30,631 nt of DNA, taken from positions 1 through 30,631 of the forward strand of contig DATECC010000024.1 in assembly GCA_036516635.1 (NCBI GenBank), written 5' to 3'. This stretch comes from Minisyncoccota bacterium (GTDB lineage: Bacteria > Patescibacteriota > Minisyncoccia > Phycocordibacterales > JACOZG01). The notes under the pieces were generated by a model, which saw only the letters and a program-made list of their open reading frames with translations, did not search any database and was not told where the DNA came from. Below are positions 24,305 through 30,631 of this stretch, in pieces. Within the stretch, counting starts at the first letter, position 1, and every line of letters starts with the position of its first letter. The translations under genes and the position numbers were made by a program.

Positions 24305-26099
24305 AATCATGAACCTTTTCCCACGCTTGCGCCAGCTGACCATCCCGTTTTGGCAGGCCTTTCGTTCCTACAAACGCCAGATCGTTATCTTGGTAGCTTT
24401 GGGTTTTTTTGGCGGGTTGTTTGAAGCGATCGGCATTAACACCCTAATTCCCTTATTTTCCTTCCTTCAGAGCGGTGGCGCCGCCGGCGATGATATTGTT
24501 TCCAAAGCGATTGTCTGGGTTTTTTCCTGGTTACGGATTGAGGTTAAATTTTCCACTTTCCTGATTCTTATTGCCACCCTTTTCTTTTTAAAGGCGCTGG
24601 TTTTATTGCTCTCATCTTACATTCGAATTCTCGTTCGCTCGAATTTTGAGAGTGACAAGCGCGAGGCTTTATTGCGCAAGATGTTCGCCGCCGCTTGGCC
24701 GCGATTACTCGCCCAACGGATTGGTCACCTGGAAACTTTGCTTATTATGGATGTCAGAATGAGCGCCAAGTTGTTTGAGATCATCGCTGATTGTATTATT
24801 TTGGGCACCAGTTTGGTTGTTTATCTCTTGGTCGCGGTGAATATTTCTTGGTGGGCGACTCTCGCCACCCTCGGCTTCGGCGCCGTTTTCTTTTTCGTCA
24901 TGCGGCCGATCTTGCGGCGGCTTAAAAATTTGGCGCGGCGAACCGCCACGCTCAATAAAGAAGTCGCGCATTTGATCGGCGAGAGTACCACTGGATTAAA
25001 AACAATTAAGGCTTTTGCCGCCACCAAGCCGTTTTTAGAAAAAGGCCGCGGACAATTTGCCTTGTGGAAACGGTTGCAGGTTCGGGCATCCATTTTCAGC
25101 ACTTTGACGACGGTTTTCATCCAGCCGTTATCGATTTTTTACATTTTAGTAGTTTTCGCGGCGATTAATTCTTACTATCCAAACTTTTCTTTTGCGGCTT
25201 TAGCGGCACTGTTTTATTTAATCCACCGAATTTTCAGTTACATTCAAATGATTCAGAACAATCTCCAGCACATTGTTGACTTGGCACCCTACTTGGGAGA
25301 TACGCTTAGTTATGAAATCACCATGGCCCGCAATCGCGAAGCCGAAGGGGGAGCGGAAAAATTTTCTTTCAAGCGCGAGTTAGCTTTTATGGAAGTCTGC
25401 TTTCACTATCTCTCCGGCCGCCCGGCCGTTTTGGCCAAAGTGTCGTTTAAGGTGCCGCGCGGGTCGCTGGTTGGAGTGATCGGGATGTCCGGCGCTGGCA
25501 AAACCACCTTGTTCGATTTGCTCTTGCGGTTATTTCGGCCAACAAGCGGGGTGATTAAACTTGACGATCGGCCGATTGAAGCAATCTCTTTGGCCGACTG
25601 GCGGGGTCATCTCGGCTATGTGCCGCAAGACGCCTTTTTGTTGAATGACACCATTGAGAATAATATCCGGTTTTTTAACTCCAGCATTACCTTAGCCGAA
25701 GTCAAAACCGCCGCCCGGCTGGCCTATCTGGATGCTTTCATCGCGACCTTGCCTGCTGGTTACCGGACGCCGGTGGGCGAGCGCGGAGTGCGTCTCTCGG
25801 CCGGCCAGCGCCAGCGCGTTGGGATTGCTCGGGCGCTGGCACGCCGGCCTGAAATCCTGCTGCTTGATGAGGCAACCAGCGCCCTGGACAATGAGTCTGA
25901 AGTGGCGATTCAGCGAGCGCTCGAAGAGTTGAAAGGCCAGATGACCATTTTAGTAGTCGCGCATCGTTTATCAACCATTGCCAATGCCGACAAGTTAATT
26001 GTTTTAGACCAAGGTCGCGTGGTTGAAGACGCGCCGCCCCAAGAGTTGCTCAAAGATAAGCAGTCCTATTTTTACCGTGTCTCCAACCTCCGAAGCTAA
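24297..26099 (+). CDS. Fused ABC exporter (MsbA/PglK-like TMD+NBD), probable glycan or glycolipid flippase
   Basis: N-terminal TM domain; Walker A GMSGAGKT, Q-loop YVPQD, signature LSAGQRQR, Walker B LLLDEATS and H-loop VAHRL. Confidence 0.93.
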   Translation: MDKIMNLFPRLRQLTIPFWQAFRSYKRQIVILVALGFFGGLFEAIGINTLIPLFSFLQSGGAAGDDIVSKAIVWVFSWLRIEVKFSTFLILIATLFFLKALVLLLSSYIRILVRSNFESDKREALLRKMFAAAWPRLLAQRIGHLETLLIMDVRMSAKLFEIIADCIILGTSLVVYLLVAVNISWWATLATLGFGAVFFFVMRPILRRLKNLARRTATLNKEVAHLIGESTTGLKTIKAFAATKPFLEKGRGQFALWKRLQVRASIFSTLTTVFIQPLSIFYILVVFAAINSYYPNFSFAALAALFYLIHRIFSYIQMIQNNLQHIVDLAPYLGDTLSYEITMARNREAEGGAEKFSFKRELAFMEVCFHYLSGRPAVLAKVSFKVPRGSLVGVIGMSGAGKTTLFDLLLRLFRPTSGVIKLDDRPIEAISLADWRGHLGYVPQDAFLLNDTIENNIRFFNSSITLAEVKTAARLAYLDAFIATLPAGYRTPVGERGVRLSAGQRQRVGIARALARRPEILLLDEATSALDNESEVAIQRALEELKGQMTILVVAHRLSTIANADKLIVLDQGRVVEDAPPQELLKDKQSYFYRVSNLRS

Positions 26100-26700
26100 A
26101 TATTCGTTCGGCGATTATATCAGCTTGGATCGCTGGGTCAGTTTTTACTATCAATTAAAATCAATTTTGGCCGTGGCGCCGGCAACGATGCTGGAGGTGG
26201 GCAAGGGTAGCGGCCTAATCGAGTCGTTTATCAAGCGCCGAACGGCGATTAAATATCAAAGTCTGGATTCGGATGTGCGGCTTGAACCTGATCTGTTGGG
26301 CGATGTCCGCCGCATCCCCGCTCCCGACGATTCGTTTGATCTAGTGGCTGCGTTTGAAGTTTTGGAGCATTTGCCGTTTGCCGAGTTTGAGACGGTGCTT
26401 GGTGAACTAAGACGAGTCGCTAAGCGTTATGTTTTATTAAGTTTGCCCGACAGTCGGCCCCATTTCCGTTTTTCGTTCAAAATCCCCCTGTTACCTCGAT
26501 TCCAGGCGGCCTTAAAATTACCAGTCGGGCGGCGGGCCAAACTGCCGCCGACCGGTCCCGAATCCCACTGGTGGGAGATCGGCTGGCGGGGTTATTCGCC
26601 GCGTCGCATTCGGAAGGCGCTCAAAAAACAGTTTCAAATTTTGGCCGAGTTCGTGCCCTACGAAAATCAGTATCATCACTTTTATCTTTTAAAAAAATGA
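26077..26700 (+). CDS. Class I SAM-dependent methyltransferase (type 11-like)
   Basis: Motifs MLEVGKGSG, DDSFDLVAAFEVLEHLP and HWWEIG. GTG 26077 is preferred because it gives a short overlap with the ABC gene. Confidence 0.87.
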   Translation: MSPTSEAKYSFGDYISLDRWVSFYYQLKSILAVAPATMLEVGKGSGLIESFIKRRTAIKYQSLDSDVRLEPDLLGDVRRIPAPDDSFDLVAAFEVLEHLPFAEFETVLGELRRVAKRYVLLSLPDSRPHFRFSFKIPLLPRFQAALKLPVGRRAKLPPTGPESHWWEIGWRGYSPRRIRKALKKQFQILAEFVPYENQYHHFYLLKK

Positions 26701-27932
26701 TCGCTAAACCAAAACTTTTTTTGGTGCCAGCCTATATTGGGCCGCTTAAATATTATGCCAAACTGATTCCCTGGCTCTCGCCAAACTACGAGGTCGAGTT
26801 TTTAATTGTTCGGTCACCCAACCAGCGACGATGGCAAATGGAGAACTATCTTAGAGATAATGGCTACAGTTACCATATTATTGATCAGGGGCTGAAACCA
26901 GCTCGTGGGATTTATCTGCCTTTGATAACGCCAGTTCTCAAGCGTCTATCTCACCTACGAGCTTGCCGGCGATTTCTTGAAATTCATCGTCCGGCCAAGC
27001 TGGTGCTGACCAAAAATCTCCCCCCTTACCGGGTAATTTTGAAAGAAGCTAACCGGCAAGGGGTGGATACGATTATTTTGCAGTGGGCCTATGGCGGGAA
27101 TAAAGTGGTTAGCCGGTTGAATTTTGCGTCACCGTCCTGGTGGCGGAAACTTTATTATCGCTTAATGGACGATCTGTACTGGTTGATTGATTTTTTTGTC
27201 GGCGGCCTGGCTTACGCTCATTCGCCGGGAGTTGTCAATCGTTTGGGTTTGATGGACGAAGCGGCGATAGAAATCTTTCGCGATGATTGCGGTATTTCTC
27301 CGGAACGAATGATCAAAGTGGGAATGGCCGACCGGCAATTTGCTTACGAACTTAAGCGACGAATCACTCGGGACGCCGCCTTTCGGAAAGAGCTGGAAAG
27401 GAAATATGATTTGGGTAAAAAAGGGAAAATCATTACCGTACTGGTTTGGGGATTGCATAAAAGAAAAAGATGGAATTTCTCTCTCGAAGAACATCTGGAT
27501 TATTTTCGAATGATTTTAGAATCAATCAGAAAATTTTTTCCGCCGGTGACCGCTGAAATCGTTTTCAAACTTCACCCCGGTGACGACGCCACACTTTATT
27601 TTCCCTTCAAAGACGCGGCGGTAAAAGTTTTTGGCGACGAAGCGGAAACCGAGGAATTGATTGGCTTGGCCGATCTGTGTATTTCTGATCCCTGGACGGC
27701 GGCTAATACTTTGGTTATGGCCGTCGGCGGACCGGCCTTCTTCGTCAATTTCTCCCGACTGACGGCAATTAACGCCGGCAAGGAGTTGTATCGCCTTCAC
27801 GAGCTTATTATCAGTCGACGGGGATTTGAAGATTCTCTGCGCCAATTTAAGCAGGGAATTATTACGCCTCAATATGATGATCAACACATTGACCTCCACG
27901 CCATTGATAAAATCATCGCGCTTATTGGTTGA
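26697..27932 (+). CDS. Divergent GT-B-fold hypothetical protein (possible glycosyl- or phosphotransferase)
   Basis: ATG 26697 overlaps the upstream stop (ATGA). Contains IVFKLHPGD and ELIGLADLCIS, typical of the GT-B C-terminal domain in TagF/sialyltransferase-like proteins. Confidence 0.6.
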   Translation: MIAKPKLFLVPAYIGPLKYYAKLIPWLSPNYEVEFLIVRSPNQRRWQMENYLRDNGYSYHIIDQGLKPARGIYLPLITPVLKRLSHLRACRRFLEIHRPAKLVLTKNLPPYRVILKEANRQGVDTIILQWAYGGNKVVSRLNFASPSWWRKLYYRLMDDLYWLIDFFVGGLAYAHSPGVVNRLGLMDEAAIEIFRDDCGISPERMIKVGMADRQFAYELKRRITRDAAFRKELERKYDLGKKGKIITVLVWGLHKRKRWNFSLEEHLDYFRMILESIRKFFPPVTAEIVFKLHPGDDATLYFPFKDAAVKVFGDEAETEELIGLADLCISDPWTAANTLVMAVGGPAFFVNFSRLTAINAGKELYRLHELIISRRGFEDSLRQFKQGIITPQYDDQHIDLHAIDKIIALIG

Positions 27933-27941
27933 CCTACCTAA

Positions 27942-28754
27942 CTAAAATCTGGAAAAACCGTCGCCAAAGGCAAATTCAAGGTGTTTCTTGTTAAACTTGC
28001 CTAATGGCTTTTCTGCTAATTCTAATGTGTGTATGTCTTGTTCAAAGAAGTGTTGGTAAGTCCAATTTCTCTGTAAGTTATTCATTAAGAAGCGGACATT
28101 GGCTGTTCTGCCGTCTATCACAATCATAGTTCCCGGTAGTAGAAACGGTTCTAAAACGAGGATGTCGGCCGCCATGGGTAACCTATCGGCTGAACGGGTA
28201 GATATGCCTCCTATATCACCAAGAACACTGTATTGATCCGGTGCATCCAGATATATAAGGTCTGGGCAGACATTTGGAATTTTGTCGTACAAGGTGCAAG
28301 CTCTTCCATTAAATGTTGTCATACGAACTTTCGAAAAGCTGAATTCTACGAAGTCAAACAAGTTTTTCGGAAAGCTTTTTTTACACTCTTTTATCCAGTT
28401 TTTGCCGTTATCAACCGAATAAACTCTAAAAGAATCTTTTCTTCTTAGATTGGTTTTAACAAAATTTTCAAATTCAATTTTGTTCTTTTTTACGGCGTCG
28501 GCGAAGACAATGGTACTTTTACCCACGCCAAACTCTAAAACGGTTAGGACTTTTCTTTTTCTCGTTAGAAAGTGTAGCCGAGTTAAGTCATCTAGTTCCG
28601 GCAGTCTAGGTGTTTTATCCGTTGGATCAACGGGGCCGTAGATAGTCTTCTTTATTTTTTTATCTACATTACCGTATTTCTCCAAGCTCACGCCAAATAG
28701 GTCGTGTAAATCATTTTCTTGACACCATTTTTTATAATCTAAATCGTTAAACAT
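27942..28754 (-). CDS. Putative class I SAM-methyltransferase-like protein
   Basis: Motifs VLEFGVGKST, VYSVDN, DLIYLDAP and PGTMIVIDGR. AT-rich stretches and AGA Arg codons. Confidence 0.7.
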   Translation of the reverse strand: MFNDLDYKKWCQENDLHDLFGVSLEKYGNVDKKIKKTIYGPVDPTDKTPRLPELDDLTRLHFLTRKRKVLTVLEFGVGKSTIVFADAVKKNKIEFENFVKTNLRRKDSFRVYSVDNGKNWIKECKKSFPKNLFDFVEFSFSKVRMTTFNGRACTLYDKIPNVCPDLIYLDAPDQYSVLGDIGGISTRSADRLPMAADILVLEPFLLPGTMIVIDGRTANVRFLMNNLQRNWTYQHFFEQDIHTLELAEKPLGKFNKKHLEFAFGDGFSRF

Positions 28755-28773
28755 TAGAGTCTATTTGTCGACA

Positions 28774-30018
28774 TCAAGACACCTTATAGCGCAGTTTCCA
28801 CTCTGACCCGATCTTCTCCCAGAGGTGTGGGTCTCGAAAACCATCAATGGTTTCCCAGAATTCTTTTTCCGATAAATTGACGTACTCCAAAAATTCTTTG
28901 AAATAATATTTCGGAAATTCGCCGTCAAAACGATGAACCAAAGCGACGCCTTCCTCTCTGGTAATATGATGATTTCTAATTTCCTGGGCCGCATCTTTGG
29001 TCGCCCGTCCAAAACCAAATTTGATGTAAGTCGTATAATAAAAGAAGCCGTCGGTTTTATCGTCAATGCTATTATACTTGGAATAAGTCCCTTCCGTTCT
29101 CTCCGGATTAGCTTCAAAGCCGCTGTGTTTGACCGCGTAATAATAACAATCTTGGGGGACCCACTTTAAGTAATAACCAAGGTAATCTTGGACGATATTC
29201 TGTTCCGCAATAATTTCCGGATCTAGCGGTAGATAAGGGAAGAATTCGGCCCACTCAATTCCCTCGCGCAGATATTCGGCGATGGTTTTGCCGCCTAAGT
29301 AGATTTCTTCTGGCTTCATACTCTTGTCAACATGATCCAGGCGAAATCCCAGATTGTGCGTGGGATCAGCTTTTTCCTCGGCCTTGGTGCTGAAACCTCG
29401 CTGATTGATTGAAATATTGGCACCATAGTCGCCGGGACTTTCACCGTAAAAAACTAACGGCACCTTGAACAAGGCGGCCATCTTTGGTCCGATTGTTTTT
29501 TGGCCGAAGACAAAGGGTTGAAAAGGATGCAATAAATTAAGAAACGCATTCCGCGTTAATAATCGGTGAATTTTTCCGTTCGGCGTATAAAGAAAATTGG
29601 GCAATCCGCCGATACGCATCCAATTTTGAAAATTTTTCCAGCCGACATCAGTGTAAAGATGAGGCGACCAAGTGACCGTTAGTGGATGCATCCCATATTT
29701 GTATTTCAAAATATGCGAAGCGAAAACACTGTCTTTGCCGCCGCTCCCGGGAACGATGCAATCATAAGAACCATTTCGACTGCGGTGTTTGCTCAGAAGT
29801 TCGAGCAACTCCCGTTCCCGTTCCAACCAATTGATATCCCGGTTTTCTTTGGACGCGTTAAATCGGCAAGCTGAACATATTCCTTCATCGTCAAATTTAA
29901 TGTACTGATGCTGGTAAGTCCGGCGGTTTAGATATTCATTACACGAAGTCGCCCGGGTATTCGGGATGACACATTGTTTACAAAACTTTACTTTCGCCGG
30001 CAAACCGTAAGAGGGCAT
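28774..30018 (-). CDS. N-acetyl sugar amidotransferase (WbuX/WbpG/PseA-type PP-loop family)
   Basis: Motifs FCKQC, GICSAC, YDCIVPGSGGKDS (PP-loop), MHPLTVTW, RTEGTYSKYNSIDD and KFGFGRAT. Confidence 0.93.
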   Translation of the reverse strand: MPSYGLPAKVKFCKQCVIPNTRATSCNEYLNRRTYQHQYIKFDDEGICSACRFNASKENRDINWLERERELLELLSKHRSRNGSYDCIVPGSGGKDSVFASHILKYKYGMHPLTVTWSPHLYTDVGWKNFQNWMRIGGLPNFLYTPNGKIHRLLTRNAFLNLLHPFQPFVFGQKTIGPKMAALFKVPLVFYGESPGDYGANISINQRGFSTKAEEKADPTHNLGFRLDHVDKSMKPEEIYLGGKTIAEYLREGIEWAEFFPYLPLDPEIIAEQNIVQDYLGYYLKWVPQDCYYYAVKHSGFEANPERTEGTYSKYNSIDDKTDGFFYYTTYIKFGFGRATKDAAQEIRNHHITREEGVALVHRFDGEFPKYYFKEFLEYVNLSEKEFWETIDGFRDPHLWEKIGSEWKLRYKVS

Positions 30019-30035
30019 AGATGCTTTACACTATA

Positions 30036-30631
30036 TCAACCATTCTGCAAATTTACAAAGTGACGGATGATTGTCACCCCCGCTTCACCGCTTTTCTCCG
30101 GATGAAATTGACAACCATAAATATTACCTTGTCGAACGGCCGAACAAAATTTTTGTCCACCGTAGACGGAAGTCGCCAAAATCACCTGAGATTCTGTCGG
30201 CTCAAAAATATAGGAATGGACGAAATACATCATCGGTTCCCGCTCCGGGGATTGAAAAATGATTTCTGGCCACTTGCCCGGCGCCGGCGCCGCAATTTTA
30301 TTCCAGCCGATTTGCGGCACTTTAACGTTTTTTTCTGTCGGTTGGAGCTTTACCACCTTGCCTTTAATGATGCCCAATCCCGGACGAGGGCCAAATTCTT
30401 CACCTCGTTCAAATAAAAGCTGTGCTCCCAAACAAATACCCAACATTGGTTTGCCGGTCCGGGCAAACTGTTTAATTGGTTCAATCAGACCGCGGATTTT
30501 CAAGCCGTTCATTCCGGCGCCGAAGGCGCCGACGCCAGGTAAAATTAAACGATCGGCCGATAAAATTATCCCCGCTTCCTCGGTGATAATCCAACTGTCA
30601 ATGTATTGCGATACGGATTTAGCCACACTTC
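30036..30631 (-). CDS. hisH: HisH-like class I glutamine amidotransferase subunit (WbuY-type), 5' end outside window
   Basis: Motifs LILPGVGAF, LGICLGAQLL (Cys nucleophile), VPQIGWN, YFVHSY and GCQFHPEKS. The frame is open to the window edge (..SVAKS). Confidence 0.92.
   Translation of the reverse strand, partial: SVAKSVSQYIDSWIITEEAGIILSADRLILPGVGAFGAGMNGLKIRGLIEPIKQFARTGKPMLGICLGAQLLFERGEEFGPRPGLGIIKGKVVKLQPTEKNVKVPQIGWNKIAAPAPGKWPEIIFQSPEREPMMYFVHSYIFEPTESQVILATSVYGGQKFCSAVRQGNIYGCQFHPEKSGEAGVTIIRHFVNLQNG

Noticed and set aside
801-30416. Many 60-150-aa ORFs antisense or out of frame to the called genes (e.g. 4909-5364, 17265-17693, 28761-29117, 30021-30416)
   Set aside because: They are shadow ORFs lying over well-supported genes, with no motifs or independent expression signals.
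1-30631. Alternative genetic code (TGA read as Gly or Trp) or programmed recoding
   Set aside because: Recognisable proteins (YchF, Gmd, HisH-like, amidotransferase) end at TGA at their expected C-termini, and no recognisable gene is interrupted.
1-30631. CRISPR array, tRNA, rRNA, prophage or DGR
   Set aside because: I saw no regularly spaced repeats, cloverleaf or T-loop motifs, rRNA signatures, phage genes, reverse transcriptase or template/variable repeat pairs. The only intergenic gaps over 100 bp are described above.

Overview
This window looks like a chromosomal segment of a small-genome bacterium, most likely Patescibacteria/CPR (Parcubacteria-like). That placement is inferred from gene content, the scarcity of Shine-Dalgarno sites and near-leaderless promoters. 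It uses genetic code 11. The left part (1-8.2 kb) holds the 3' end of ychF, a self-contained orphan membrane-protein gene (own sigma70 promoter, structured ~120-nt leader, terminator, and two related bulged hairpins flanking it), a divergent pfkB-family kinase / class II aldolase pair, a small membrane protein, a DUF4015-like putative glycoside hydrolase, a stand-alone VirD4/TrwB-like ATPase and a polytopic-membrane + PD40 beta-propeller protein. The right part (8.2-30.6 kb) is a ~22-kb surface-glycan locus in six blocks of alternating orientation. It encodes 8 GT4-type glycosyltransferases, 2 divergent GT-B/TagF-like proteins, 5 SAM-methyltransferase-like proteins, a CE4 deacetylase, gmd + fcl (GDP-L-fucose), an NMP-kinase-like P-loop protein, a fused ABC exporter, and an N-acetyl-sugar amidotransferase with a hisH-like partner cut by the window edge. 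I found no tRNA, rRNA, CRISPR array, transposase or integrase. The most notable unexplained structures are the paired covarying hairpins and switch-like leader around the orphan gene (711-1499) and an in-frame nested palindrome inside a glycosyltransferase (9152-9193). All product calls come from motif recognition by eye, and no database search or folding program was run.
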